A stretch of 64,000 nt of DNA from Candidatus Nomurabacteria bacterium (GTDB lineage: Bacteria > Patescibacteriota > Minisyncoccia > Phycocordibacterales > UBA5272), in assembly GCA_040376695.1 (NCBI GenBank), contig JBEIQD010000003.1, positions 1,789-65,788 on the forward strand. Direction: 5' to 3'. The notes beneath the pieces are model-generated. The model was not told the origin of the DNA, did no database searches, and saw nothing but the letters and a program-made list of their open reading frames with translations. Made by a program: the position numbers and the translations under genes. Shown here one piece after another: positions 9,165 to 19,249 of this stretch. Each line of letters begins with the position of its first letter. The stretch's first letter is position 1.

Positions 9165-9906
9165 TAAGCCAGACTTCTAAAGAAACATCCTCTGCTCTTG
9201 TTTTTTCGTCAATATTATTTTTAAGAAAAACTTCTTGCCAATTAGTCGTAGGGATTTTCTCCTTCAAATTAGATAGCAGGTATTTTCTTTTGTGTGCAAA
9301 GCCAGCTTTAACAATGTTAAAAAACATTTGCTCGTGGTACTGATTTTTAAAGTTTTTGCGAGATATATTTTTAATCTGTAATACAGCTGAATCAACAGTA
9401 GGGATAGGATTAAAGCTTCCCCTAGATACTTTATACACAAGCTTTGGTTCCCCGTAAGCTTTCACAGAAAGCGAAAGAATGGATTCCTTCCCTTCTTTGG
9501 CACACACACGCACCGCAACTTCTTTTTGAACAAGCACAACCATAGTAGTTGGTTGGTTAACATGAGAAAGATATCGCTCGAGAATGGCTCCTGTTATATA
9601 GTATGGAATATTTGCGATTAATTTATACCCCGCACTTTCTGGGTTATAAGTAAGAGCATCCCCTTCTATAAGGGTGAAGTTTTTGTTCGTGCTAAATTTT
9701 TCAGTAAGTAGCGGGATAAGATCAGTGTCCTTTTCAAGAGCAGTAACGTGTGCACCTGTTTCAATAAGAGATTGAGTAAGGAATCCTTTCCCTGGACCAA
9801 TTTCAAGAATTGAATCTGACGGAGTCACTTCCCCTGCTTCCACAATTGCTATACGTGCTGGGATTGAGGTTAGAAAGTTTTGACCAAGAGCCTTTTTAGG
9901 TTTCAT
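9148..9906 (-). CDS. rsmA: 16S rRNA (adenine1518-N6/adenine1519-N6)-dimethyltransferase
   Basis: N-terminal LGQNFL motif and the SAM-binding LEIGPGKGFLT motif; 252 aa. Confidence 0.9.
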   Translation of the reverse strand: MKPKKALGQNFLTSIPARIAIVEAGEVTPSDSILEIGPGKGFLTQSLIETGAHVTALEKDTDLIPLLTEKFSTNKNFTLIEGDALTYNPESAGYKLIANIPYYITGAILERYLSHVNQPTTMVVLVQKEVAVRVCAKEGKESILSLSVKAYGEPKLVYKVSRGSFNPIPTVDSAVLQIKNISRKNFKNQYHEQMFFNIVKAGFAHKRKYLLSNLKEKIPTTNWQEVFLKNNIDEKTRAEDVSLEVWLTISAL

Positions 9907-9955
9907 GTATGAACTCTATCATGCAATGTAGTTGCCGCCTATGCTGCGGTGGTTT

Positions 9956-11908
9956 CTATATATAGACAACCGAACCCCCTCCTTGTTTGTAATACAGATC
10001 ATTATATTCTCCTGTGTCTTCTGGGATGTCTTCTAGAAACTCACTTGGTGCATTAATTTGTTTTTGACCAAAGATTGTTCTCAGTTCAGCATAGGTAAGG
10101 TAGAGATTTTTACGTGCTCGTGTTACTGCTACGTAGAACAATCTTCTCTCCTCCTCTTCCTCCTCTTTGCTGCGTTTTCGATTCCCTATGTTTTTATGCG
10201 GAAAGAGATCTTGTTCAAGTCCTGTAACGAATACATGATCAAACTCAAGGCCCTTTGAAGCGTGCACGGTCATAAGACGCACACCCGATTTTTCTTTTGT
10301 ATCGTTATCTTGATCTGACTGAAGAGATGTTTCTTCAAGAAATTGAGTAAGAATTTCTTTTGCAGGCACTCCATCATATCGCACAGTAAGAGATACAAGT
10401 TCGCGTGCGTTTTCTAAGCGCTCTCTATCTTCTCCAGAACCTTCTAGCATCTCTTTTTCCATTCCAGAATCTACGATAATCATTTGCATAATATGAGACA
10501 AAGGCTCTGTTTCAACGGCTTCCAAGATTTGGTCCAAAAAGTCATACACCTTTTCTATTTTTACCGCAGCTGAAGCAGGAATCGGTGCCCCTGCAAATAT
10601 TTTTGCAACCGTCACTTTACCAATTCCGCGTTTTGGAGTATCAAATACACGTTTAAGATCTGGTTGGCATGCACGATTAACTGCGGCGCGCAGGTAACTC
10701 ATTACATCCTTAACTTCTTTTCTTTCAAAGAATTTTGTACCCAAAAGGTTATAGGTCACGTTCGCACGGATAAATGCTTCTTCAAGTACGCGAGATTGAA
10801 AGTTTGCACGGTAGAGCACTGCAATAGTTTCTCCACCTACTCCTTCAGCAATTAAAGCTTTACATTTTTCTGCAATCATTTCAGACTCCCCTTGCTCATC
10901 CCACGCAGGCATAATAGTAATCTTGTCCCCTAACCCTTTTGAAGTAAATAAGTTTTTGTCAGTACGAATAGTGTTTTTCTTTATTGCCTTATTGGCAAGC
11001 GCGAGAATATTTCCTGTTGATCTGTAGTTTTCTTCAAGAAGTACAGTGTGTGTACCAGGAAAGTCCTTTTCAAAATTAAGAATATTACGCACGTTTGCCC
11101 CTCTCCAGCTGTAAATATTTTGATCAGTGTCACCTACAGCACACACGTTATTATAAAGAGGGTTAATGAGTAACTTAACGAAAGCGTATTGAGCGGCGTT
11201 GGTGTCTTGGTATTCATCAACATGCACATACATAAAACGTTGTTGATAATGAGAACGAATATCTGCATGGTCTTCCAACATGTGCACCGTGGAAACAATG
11301 AGATCGTCAAAGTCCACAGCTTTTTGTTTCTTGAGTTCCTCTTCATATATTCTCCACACACTTGAAATAATATCCATTTGAGCTGTCGCCACTTTTTGTT
11401 TATAGTCTTTCTGGCTTACGAAATCTCCTTTTTCACGACTAATAATACTGCGAATTTTTGAAGGATCATTGATTTTCGGATCAATACCTAATTGTTCAAT
11501 TGCTTGTTTGATAATCGAAAGTGAGTCCGAAGAATCTAAAATAGTAGGATGTCTTTGTAGTCCGAGCCGTGAACCGTATTCAGATAGCATCATAAGTCCA
11601 AGTGAATGGAATGTTTTAATGACAGGAGTGTGATGAAAGGGGTTCTCCTTTTCAATGATACGCTCCTCTTCAAGACGAGAGACGATACGTTCCCGCATTT
11701 CTTTAGCTGCTTTATTAGTGAAGGTTACCGCAAGGATATTTCTTGGGTCAGTGCCTTTTTTAACAATCTCAACGATTCTTTCAGTTATCGTTTTTGTCTT
11801 TCCGGCGCCTGCTCCAGCTAAAATAAGAAGCGGTCCTTCAGTATGAAGAACTGCTTCTTGTTGTTTTGTGTTAAGTAAGACGTTTGCCACAGGAACCCAG
11901 TGTAGCAT
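9956..11908 (-). CDS. pcrA: ATP-dependent DNA helicase PcrA/UvrD
   Basis: LNTKQQEAVLHTEGPLLILAGAGAGKTKTITERI Walker A plus UvrD/Rep helicase motifs throughout; 650 aa. Confidence 0.9.
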   Translation of the reverse strand: MLHWVPVANVLLNTKQQEAVLHTEGPLLILAGAGAGKTKTITERIVEIVKKGTDPRNILAVTFTNKAAKEMRERIVSRLEEERIIEKENPFHHTPVIKTFHSLGLMMLSEYGSRLGLQRHPTILDSSDSLSIIKQAIEQLGIDPKINDPSKIRSIISREKGDFVSQKDYKQKVATAQMDIISSVWRIYEEELKKQKAVDFDDLIVSTVHMLEDHADIRSHYQQRFMYVHVDEYQDTNAAQYAFVKLLINPLYNNVCAVGDTDQNIYSWRGANVRNILNFEKDFPGTHTVLLEENYRSTGNILALANKAIKKNTIRTDKNLFTSKGLGDKITIMPAWDEQGESEMIAEKCKALIAEGVGGETIAVLYRANFQSRVLEEAFIRANVTYNLLGTKFFERKEVKDVMSYLRAAVNRACQPDLKRVFDTPKRGIGKVTVAKIFAGAPIPASAAVKIEKVYDFLDQILEAVETEPLSHIMQMIIVDSGMEKEMLEGSGEDRERLENARELVSLTVRYDGVPAKEILTQFLEETSLQSDQDNDTKEKSGVRLMTVHASKGLEFDHVFVTGLEQDLFPHKNIGNRKRSKEEEEEERRLFYVAVTRARKNLYLTYAELRTIFGQKQINAPSEFLEDIPEDTGEYNDLYYKQGGGSVVYI

Positions 11909-11923
11909 GAGTAAAACAGCAGC

Positions 11924-12214
11924 TTAGCTGGTCTTTTTGAACGATTCTTTTACTTTCTCGCGAGCGGCCTGGAACAGTTCTTCGTAGTTTGGTGCGAGAT
12001 GTTTGAGGGTTGTTGCATAGAACTCCTCCCCCATGTTTGCGCTTGCTTGGAGGGCGTCAAACTTCTCATCCCCCAAGAGTTCATATACATCAAGAAGAAA
12101 TTGTTTCTGTATTGTCTTTGAAATCTCAAGAAGCATAGCTTCGCGCTCTTCCTCAGGAAGTTCCTTGAGTTCAAAGTCTTCTACTAGTTGATTGTAAAGT
12201 TGTGTAAAATCCAT
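11924..12214 (-). CDS. hypothetical acidic small protein
   Basis: 96-aa ORF co-directional with and 16 nt upstream of pcrA. Confidence 0.4.
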   Translation of the reverse strand: MDFTQLYNQLVEDFELKELPEEEREAMLLEISKTIQKQFLLDVYELLGDEKFDALQASANMGEEFYATTLKHLAPNYEELFQAAREKVKESFKKTS

Positions 12215-12218
12215 AGTA

Positions 12219-14444
12219 TTATTTTTCCTTGTTAGTAACTTTCTCTTTTACTTCCTCGATTGCTGCTTCATACGTTTTTGCTTGTAGTTTCTCACCGCTT
12301 GTTGCCATCGAAACATCATTAAGCGCATCCCATAGGTAACTAAGTTCTGCTCTATCTTTATCATCTAGGTGATCATAAGTTCCTTTAGTTGTATCATTTC
12401 GCACGAGATCTCCAAACATACCAAGCGCTAACAATGTTTGACGCTGATTATTGGTCCCATCAAAGTATGACTTTGCGTATTTTTGTATTAGTGTTGCTTT
12501 AAGTTGGCTCGCAGAAAGCTTTGAAATATCTTCTGGAAATTCTGCAAAGGCAGGATTAGTTTTCCCGAAATGGAAATATTTAGTCCAAGTATCTTTTACT
12601 ACCACTTCATTTTTATTCAGTGACGCACTTATGGGTACTGGTTGTTTATTTAAAACATTATTTGCATATGCCCCTGTACCGCCAACTACAACAGCAAAAG
12701 CAATCCAAGAAAGTTTTCCTTTCGAGAGATTATTTGGATTGTTTGACAGGTTTTTGATTCTAGTCGCAAGTATGGCTGAGATTTTTTTAAGCCCTTTCTG
12801 TGGATCTTTTTCAAGAACGGGAATAATTTCTTTTGATTCATTGTTGGTAGCCATATTCCCCAGCACCACTTTGTCAGGAGTTGTCATCCCTTCCCCCATG
12901 GAGTTAGTAAGTAAATCTCGCACAGACTTGGTTACGAGATCTGGGTTTAATTTTTCTTCATCTGTTCGAGTGTCTTCCTTCTTCTCAGATTCCTTAACTG
13001 AAGATGGACCGTAAACCAATCTATTCTCTGAAAGAAAATTTTTTCGCTGTATGTCACTGAGTTTATTTTCTTTCGTAATAAAATCTTTAACTTCTACGTT
13101 GTGTGTAAAAAGAATGTTTTTAATAACATCTCGATATGGGTGCTTTCTAAGACTTTCGTTTTCCGTATAATCTACCGCCCCAGAAGCTTCATTTTTCGAA
13201 GCAACAGTATAGAGAGAAATAAAAGCTTTTTGATCATGAGTAAACATGTCTTCAAACTTTTCGCGCACTTCTGTCTGCGCGCGCGTTTTTTGGATGTTTT
13301 CTTCTGAGCCTTTAATTGCACCTGTTTCTCCTTTGGTCCATTCTGCATTTATTTTCCTTCCCCCGATAAGACGAATAATTTGTTCCTGTTTTTTTTCTGC
13401 CTGTTTTGTAGGACGTAATACAGAAGGACTTTCATTTATTTTTGGCGCTGTTGAAGCTTTAGAAGTTTCCGCAACAGGTTTTTCAGGAGTTGTTTTTGCG
13501 GATGTCTGTTGTCTTTCAAGGTATAGTCTTTCTAGTAAGTCTTTAAACGGCTTGAAATAGAATCTTTCAGTTCTGCCTTTTTGTGCTCCATCAATTTGTT
13601 TCATCATCATCGCCCCCTCTTTCGGCATAAGGATTGTAACCTCCCAAGTCGCTTCATCGCTCGTATGGTCCTTCGGTAAGAGGAATCTTTGCCCTACCTT
13701 AAAGAATTTTGGAACGACCTCTACTTTTTCTGGCGTTTTCGGCGAAGCTTCTGGAACGGTTGGCACACTTTCTTCTGCTGCGACTACTGCTGGTTCTTCA
13801 TTTTTAATTTGTGCTTCTGGTGCAATAGTTGGGGCTGGTATTTTTGCGGCTTCTGCTTTTGCGCGTTCTACAATTTTTTCAAACTCAGAAAGCTTTTGTC
13901 GTAGTTCATCAAGCTTTGCCCCTAATGGCTTATCTTTAATTTCTTCAATAAGTTTCTTTGTTTCTTCTGAAAGTTGTTCAAGTACAGCAAGGGTTGCAGG
14001 ATTCTGTAATTTCCCTTCCAGTAGTTCAGTTTCCTTGTGTAAATTTGAATATTCGCCCGAAAACGCAACAAGTTTACTTAGAATATCCAACTCAACTTTT
14101 TTCTGCGCCGCAGCAAGTGTAAGTTTCTCTCCAAGTGCATCTTCCAATTCTTCTTGTGTATAAAGATCTGAAGGTAGGTTTATTTCAGAAATTCCCTCGG
14201 CATCTCTTTCCAAAGTGAAACCTCTTTTCTTAAGCATCTTTTCTATTTGTAAAAGCTCTTGAAATCTAGCGTTTCGCACCTCTCCTCCTACTTGAGGAAC
14301 ACTAGAAATCACCTCCTTCGGTACAACTTTTTTATCAACAGTAACACCAAAAGTACCAGGGGTGTACCCTTTATTTGTTACAGGTTTCCCGAACTCTCCC
14401 TGAGACCCATTGGGAACTTTAATACCAGAAGGATATATATCCAT
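12219..14444 (-). CDS. large hypothetical protein (K/E-rich, one predicted TM segment near the C-terminus)
   Basis: 741-aa uninterrupted ORF; no recognised catalytic motif. Confidence 0.5.
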   Translation of the reverse strand: MDIYPSGIKVPNGSQGEFGKPVTNKGYTPGTFGVTVDKKVVPKEVISSVPQVGGEVRNARFQELLQIEKMLKKRGFTLERDAEGISEINLPSDLYTQEELEDALGEKLTLAAAQKKVELDILSKLVAFSGEYSNLHKETELLEGKLQNPATLAVLEQLSEETKKLIEEIKDKPLGAKLDELRQKLSEFEKIVERAKAEAAKIPAPTIAPEAQIKNEEPAVVAAEESVPTVPEASPKTPEKVEVVPKFFKVGQRFLLPKDHTSDEATWEVTILMPKEGAMMMKQIDGAQKGRTERFYFKPFKDLLERLYLERQQTSAKTTPEKPVAETSKASTAPKINESPSVLRPTKQAEKKQEQIIRLIGGRKINAEWTKGETGAIKGSEENIQKTRAQTEVREKFEDMFTHDQKAFISLYTVASKNEASGAVDYTENESLRKHPYRDVIKNILFTHNVEVKDFITKENKLSDIQRKNFLSENRLVYGPSSVKESEKKEDTRTDEEKLNPDLVTKSVRDLLTNSMGEGMTTPDKVVLGNMATNNESKEIIPVLEKDPQKGLKKISAILATRIKNLSNNPNNLSKGKLSWIAFAVVVGGTGAYANNVLNKQPVPISASLNKNEVVVKDTWTKYFHFGKTNPAFAEFPEDISKLSASQLKATLIQKYAKSYFDGTNNQRQTLLALGMFGDLVRNDTTKGTYDHLDDKDRAELSYLWDALNDVSMATSGEKLQAKTYEAAIEEVKEKVTNKEK

Positions 14445-14739
14445 AGCTACCCTGAGTATACTTTATTTTCAACAGGTTTGTGACACTTCTCCCCAGATTC
14501 TAAGGCTTTTTTGGTGTGGATATCGCTTGTAGTATTACCCCCTTTTTGCTAGTATATGTAGGTTACTTGAGAGACCTATATATCTTGACGTATACAGTAA
14601 AATGTTACGTTTCGATACACGCACAGGGTACATATTCTAAGGTTGGGAGCATTAACCCCTCGCCAACCTCTAACTTATCGTAGTAGATACACAAAAACGC
14701 GTTCACGCGGCCTTCCATATCGCAGGATCTGCAATACTA

Positions 14740-15717
14740 GTGATTGCACTCATGTTCCCTATTTCTTCAGCACATGCAGGCTTTTTTTCGTCTTTTACTG
14801 ACAAAGTAAAAGCAGTTTTTCTTACTCCTGATGAAGAGACTTCACCTGAAGAATCCGCCACCTCTCAAACAATGGCTGTTTTTAAGCCAGTTGTGGTGAG
14901 TGAAGAAAATGAGATTGATACACTAGACTCATCTTCAACGGGAGTGCTTTCAGCAACCACAGGATCTCTTCGAGTGTCTACTGAAAACATTGAGTATCCA
15001 ACGAACGATACTATTAGTGTGTATGAAGTAAAAAAAGGAGACACTATTGGCATGGTGGCTGAACTTCATGGTGTTTCTAAAAATACTATCATGTGGGCAA
15101 ATGATTTGAAGTCTGAGAAACTAACACCTGGAGATGTTCTCGTTATTCTTCCTATTACGGGGGTTCGTCATACCGTTAAGAGTGGGGACACAGTAAGTTC
15201 GATTGCAAAGAAATATAAAGGAGACACAAGTGATATCGCAAAATATAACGGCATTGCTGCTGACGCAAAACTTGCGGTGGGAGATATTGTTCTTGTTCCA
15301 GAAGGAGAAATTGCTGCGGTTGCAGTAAAGGGTAAACCAAGCACTTCTGTTTCATCTCCAAACTCAACACCAAGTGGATTCTTCACTCGTCCGCTAGTTG
15401 GAGGTAGAAAGACACAAGGTATTCACGGTAACAACGGAGTGGATATCGCCGCGCTTATCGGAACTCCAGTTCTTGCTGCAGCTGATGGACAAGTTATTGT
15501 GGCTCGTAACTCAGGATACAACGGTGGATATGGAGATATGATTATTATCAAGCACAATGGAAATATTCAAACTGTGTATGCTCACTTAAGTTCCGTTGGT
15601 GTTGCAACAGGTCAGTATGTTTCAAAAGGTCAGACGATTGGTGCTGTTGGTAATACAGGACGATCAACTGGACCACATCTTCACTTTGAAGTTCGTGGAG
15701 CGAAGAACCCATTCTAG
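14740..15717 (+). CDS. LysM-domain M23 family metallopeptidase (cell-wall hydrolase)
   Basis: Two LysM repeats (YEVKKGDTIGMVAELHG..., HTVKSGDTVSSIAKKY...) and an M23 C-terminal domain (HGNNGVDIAA..., GPHLHFEV). GTG start at 14740 or ATG at 14752. Confidence 0.85.
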   Translation: MIALMFPISSAHAGFFSSFTDKVKAVFLTPDEETSPEESATSQTMAVFKPVVVSEENEIDTLDSSSTGVLSATTGSLRVSTENIEYPTNDTISVYEVKKGDTIGMVAELHGVSKNTIMWANDLKSEKLTPGDVLVILPITGVRHTVKSGDTVSSIAKKYKGDTSDIAKYNGIAADAKLAVGDIVLVPEGEIAAVAVKGKPSTSVSSPNSTPSGFFTRPLVGGRKTQGIHGNNGVDIAALIGTPVLAAADGQVIVARNSGYNGGYGDMIIIKHNGNIQTVYAHLSSVGVATGQYVSKGQTIGAVGNTGRSTGPHLHFEVRGAKNPF

Positions 15718-15734
15718 TTTTTACATAAACCTAA

Positions 15735-15768
15735 AACAAAAGCACCTGATCAGGTGCTTTTGTTTTAT
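15735..15768. terminator. bidirectional intrinsic terminator (34-nt perfect palindrome) between the M23 peptidase gene and comM
   Basis: aaaacaaaagcacctgatcaggtgcttttgtttt, with A/T runs on both sides. Confidence 0.6.
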
Positions 15769-17321
15769 AATCTATTTTCGTACAGTTTTGGTCTGTATTG
15801 AAATGCCTCTAAGATATCAGCTTCTACTATATGTTCTGTTTGTTTTAAATCTGCAATGGTTCGAGCAAGTCGTAGCACTCGATGGTACGCTCGTGGTGAG
15901 AGAGCATACGAGGTTGCTAATTTTTTCATAAGGGTAAGTACTGGAGGAGTGAGGATAACAAATGTATCTATGTCTTTTGCTTTCATGTCTTTATTTTTAG
16001 TGATGTTCATAGCACCTCCTTTTTCAAAACGAGCTTTTGCAAACGTGCGTGCTTTGTGAACTTGTAAAACTATCGATTCGCTCTCTTCTCCAATGCGCGC
16101 ATGAGAAAGTGTATCGTAATCAACGTGTTGGACAGGAACCCAAATATCAATACGGTCCATAATTGGACCAGAAAGTTTTCGAGCGTATCTGTCTATATCA
16201 GACGGTTTACAGACGCAACGTTTTAATTTACTCCCCATATATCCGCACGGACACGGGTTCATTGAAGCGATGAGTGTACATGATGCTGGAAAAAGAAATG
16301 TTCCTTTTGCGCGAGATACGGAAATAAAACCTTCCTCAAGAGGTTCTCGTAAAGACTCTATTACGCGTTTATCAAACTCAGGAAATTCATCTAAGAAAAG
16401 CACGCCGTGATGAGCAAGTGTCACCTCCCCGGGGCGTGGGTCTGCTCCTCCACCAACAAGTGATACATATGACGATGTGTGATGAGGACTCCTAAAAGGA
16501 GGGTGCGTAATGACGGAAGTTTTTGCGTGAGCAACAGAATGTATACGAGTAACGTCAAGCGCCTCAGTGCGCGATAATGGTGGAAGAATTCCAGTGAACG
16601 CTCGAGCAAGCATGGTCTTTCCTGTTCCTGGTGGTCCGTAGAGAGCGATGTTGTGTCCCCCGGCAGCCGCAATAAGGAGTGCTCGTTTTGCAGTTTCTTG
16701 TCCGCGAATATCTTTGAAATCTAAATATGAATCAGGGCGAGAGTATGCAATATCAGTAAATGGTGCAGGAGTGAGCGTGATTATGTCCTCTACTCCTTCT
16801 ATGGTTCCGCCTAAATGAAGAACAAGATCACGAAGATTTTTACACCCATACACGGTAAGTCCCTGTACCAGAGAAGCTTCTTCGGTATTTGCTTCAGGAA
16901 CATAGAGGGCCTGCGCTCCTTCTTTCTTTGCGCACTCCGCGATAGAAAGAACTCCCATCATTGGAAGAATTTCTCCCGTCAATGAAAGTTCACCAACAAA
17001 CCATCCAACGTCTGTTGGGATGGATACTTGTTTTGATGCAATGAGATACGTCAACGCAACAGGAACATCAAAATGAGAACCTTCTTTTTTAATATTTGCA
17101 GGTGAAAGAGAAACAGTTACTTTATGGTTTTCTGTTTTTGGATTTCGTAACCTAGTGTTTTTTAGTGCTGCATTGATTCTATCTTTGCTCTCATCAATGG
17201 CTTTATCAGGAAGTCCTACAATGGAAAATGAATAGAGGCCGTTAGATACATCAACCTCAACCGTAATTGGTTCAGCGTGTAATCCAACGATGTGTGCACT
17301 TTTTAAACTGGCGACACTCAT
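15765..17321 (-). CDS. comM: Mg-chelatase-like AAA+ protein YifB/ComM
   Basis: 518 aa with Lon-like N-terminal domain, Walker A GPPGTGKTMLA and the C-terminal Mg-chelatase subunit ChlI domain. Confidence 0.85.
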   Translation of the reverse strand: MSVASLKSAHIVGLHAEPITVEVDVSNGLYSFSIVGLPDKAIDESKDRINAALKNTRLRNPKTENHKVTVSLSPANIKKEGSHFDVPVALTYLIASKQVSIPTDVGWFVGELSLTGEILPMMGVLSIAECAKKEGAQALYVPEANTEEASLVQGLTVYGCKNLRDLVLHLGGTIEGVEDIITLTPAPFTDIAYSRPDSYLDFKDIRGQETAKRALLIAAAGGHNIALYGPPGTGKTMLARAFTGILPPLSRTEALDVTRIHSVAHAKTSVITHPPFRSPHHTSSYVSLVGGGADPRPGEVTLAHHGVLFLDEFPEFDKRVIESLREPLEEGFISVSRAKGTFLFPASCTLIASMNPCPCGYMGSKLKRCVCKPSDIDRYARKLSGPIMDRIDIWVPVQHVDYDTLSHARIGEESESIVLQVHKARTFAKARFEKGGAMNITKNKDMKAKDIDTFVILTPPVLTLMKKLATSYALSPRAYHRVLRLARTIADLKQTEHIVEADILEAFQYRPKLYENRL

Positions 17322-17980
17322 TATTTGAGTATACCACCGCGAAGTGCAAGGATACCTTCTGTTGAAGATGAGATGACGAGTGTGTTTGTGTTCACGAACG
17401 CATAGATGACGGTGCTACTTCCAGAAGTCCCCACACGCATGTTTTGATTATTGCGAGTGATGTCGGTAAATATAAAAGGAATGCTTGATGTTGATACTTC
17501 TCGTGGTGATCCAACAGCAAGAGCAAGTTCATCAGCATAGAGCTCTTCGTTTTTTAGCATGTAAGAAAAAACATCAGTATAGGAAAGCACTTGCATAGAG
17601 TAACCATATTCAGACTTTGTAATGGTGCCAATGTTGTTTCCAATCGAATCATTAAGAGCAAGAGAAATTGCTAAGAGACGTTTGCTTGTATCCGGTAGTG
17701 TGTCAGTGTTTGTTTGAGGCTGTTCACCCACTACAGGATTTTTTGTTTCGAAAAAGAAAAGAGCTGCAACGGTTGCGATTACCGCGATCAGACAAAATCC
17801 TCCAAGAATAAAAAGCATTTTTGATGTTTGCACATGTGGGGTTGGAATATTACCAACGTCCCCTCCTGCAGAAGCAATGTCAGTAAGACTTGCTTCTTTG
17901 TGCTTAATCTCTTCTGAGATATCGTGTTCAAATGTATCTACGTTGGGTATCATGTGGTAAGTATACAGGTAACCCTTCAC
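17321..17980 (-). CDS. hypothetical membrane-anchored protein translationally coupled to comM
   Basis: 219 aa with one TM helix (MLFILGGFCLIAVIATVAALFFF). Its stop overlaps the comM ATG (TAATG). Confidence 0.45.
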   Translation of the reverse strand: MKGYLYTYHMIPNVDTFEHDISEEIKHKEASLTDIASAGGDVGNIPTPHVQTSKMLFILGGFCLIAVIATVAALFFFETKNPVVGEQPQTNTDTLPDTSKRLLAISLALNDSIGNNIGTITKSEYGYSMQVLSYTDVFSYMLKNEELYADELALAVGSPREVSTSSIPFIFTDITRNNQNMRVGTSGSSTVIYAFVNTNTLVISSSTEGILALRGGILK

Positions 17981-18041
17981 AAGAAAAAATGTACATATAA
18001 AAATCTCCCCAGAATTTAGTTCATGGGGAGATTTTTAAGGA

Positions 18042-18704
18042 TTATTTCTCGTCGTCTGGAGAAAAGATTCCAAGTGCATCATCAGAGAATTCTTTCGACG
18101 CAGCTTTCTTCTGAGGTGCTTTAATTCGAGTGTTTGGTTTATTGTCTCGTTTTGCTTCTTGTTTAACTTCTCCTTTTTTAGGAGCGCGGTGCGGGCGATA
18201 TCCAATAAGGAATTTTTCAGGATGGTCACACATGTCGATGAAATCTTCACATGCTTCTTTTAACTCACCCGATGAAGATCGTCCGAATGAAATAACTTCC
18301 ACTTGAACACCGTGATGTTCCTTAAGGAAGGTAACGAGTGGAACAAAGTCCCCGTCCCCGGTCGCTAGGATAATAGTGTCTACTTTAGGAGCAAGACGAA
18401 TCGCGTCCACCGCAAGACCAACATCCCAGTCAGCTTTTTTTGCACCTCCGTAAAAGATTTTCAAATCTTTTGTTTTGGTTTCGATTCCAAGTTTGGTGAG
18501 CGCTTCAAAGAAGTTTGTCTCATCCCCCGCTTCTGTAGTGATAACGTATGCGAGCGCACGGATAAGCTTTCGTTTACCGACTGACTCTGTCATGACGGCA
18601 CCGAAGTTTACTTTAGTGTTGTAAAGATTTTTTGCACTGTGGTATAGATTTTGTGTATCTATGAAAACTGCGACGCGCTGGTCGCTGTGTTTGATAACTG
18701 CCAT
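18042..18704 (-). CDS. NYN/LabA-like domain protein (putative RNase)
   Basis: VAVFIDTQNLYHSAKNL ... IILATGDGDFVPLV pattern of NYN domains, with a basic C-terminal tail. Confidence 0.6.
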   Translation of the reverse strand: MAVIKHSDQRVAVFIDTQNLYHSAKNLYNTKVNFGAVMTESVGKRKLIRALAYVITTEAGDETNFFEALTKLGIETKTKDLKIFYGGAKKADWDVGLAVDAIRLAPKVDTIILATGDGDFVPLVTFLKEHHGVQVEVISFGRSSSGELKEACEDFIDMCDHPEKFLIGYRPHRAPKKGEVKQEAKRDNKPNTRIKAPQKKAASKEFSDDALGIFSPDDEK

Positions 18705-18814
18705 ATAAATGTAATTGAGAATGTACGAAACAGAAAATATAAAAATGAAACTGCTCCACTACAAACGTATTGTTTATTAAAAATAAGAACCTATAGTTAG
18801 TATATATCCTACAT

Positions 18815-18845
18815 ACATAAACGCCGCACATAATGCGGCGCTTAC
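18815..18845 (-). terminator. putative intrinsic terminator downstream of rpsO
   Basis: Minus-strand hairpin gcgccgcattatgtgcggcg followed by a short U-rich stretch. Confidence 0.35.
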
Positions 18846-18861
18846 TGTTGATTACCCGAAA

Positions 18862-19125
18862 TTACTTCAAACCGAGTTTTGTAACGAGAGCAGTGTATCG
18901 CTTCTTGTTATTTGCCTCGAGATACTTCAAATGTGTGCGTCGGTCAGCAACCATCTGAATAAGTCCACGACGTGAGTGATTGTCCTTCTTGTGTGTCTTA
19001 AGGTGGTTAGTGAGTTCAACGATCTTCTTTGAAAGAAGTGATACCTGAACATCGGCAGAGCCAGTGTCTGTATCGTGAATCTGGGCGTTTTTAATGGCCG
19101 TAGCCTTTTTTCGTGCAGTAAGCAT
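18862..19125 (-). CDS. rpsO: 30S ribosomal protein S15
   Basis: 87 aa; GSADVQVSLLSKKI...LKTHKKDNHSRRGL...RR..LKYL is a canonical S15. Confidence 0.9.
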   Translation of the reverse strand: MLTARKKATAIKNAQIHDTDTGSADVQVSLLSKKIVELTNHLKTHKKDNHSRRGLIQMVADRRTHLKYLEANNKKRYTALVTKLGLK

Positions 19126-19249
19126 ATTGATTAACTATAGGATGTATTGTATCACACATTTCAAACAATTGCAAGTGCTCCCCTGTTGCGCTGCCTTATC
19201 CCCAATACTATTGTGCGACACTAGCCTCTATCTGCTATATACTCATATA

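Noticed and set aside
19094-19249. Long N-terminal extensions of track ORFs (xerC from 19094, tuf from 49210, xth from 20594, recJ from 37901, fibre gene from 57110)
   Set aside because: The extensions overlap neighbouring genes or a palindrome and lack homology. Internal ATGs give canonical N-termini ([46 protein letters not shown] signal peptide).
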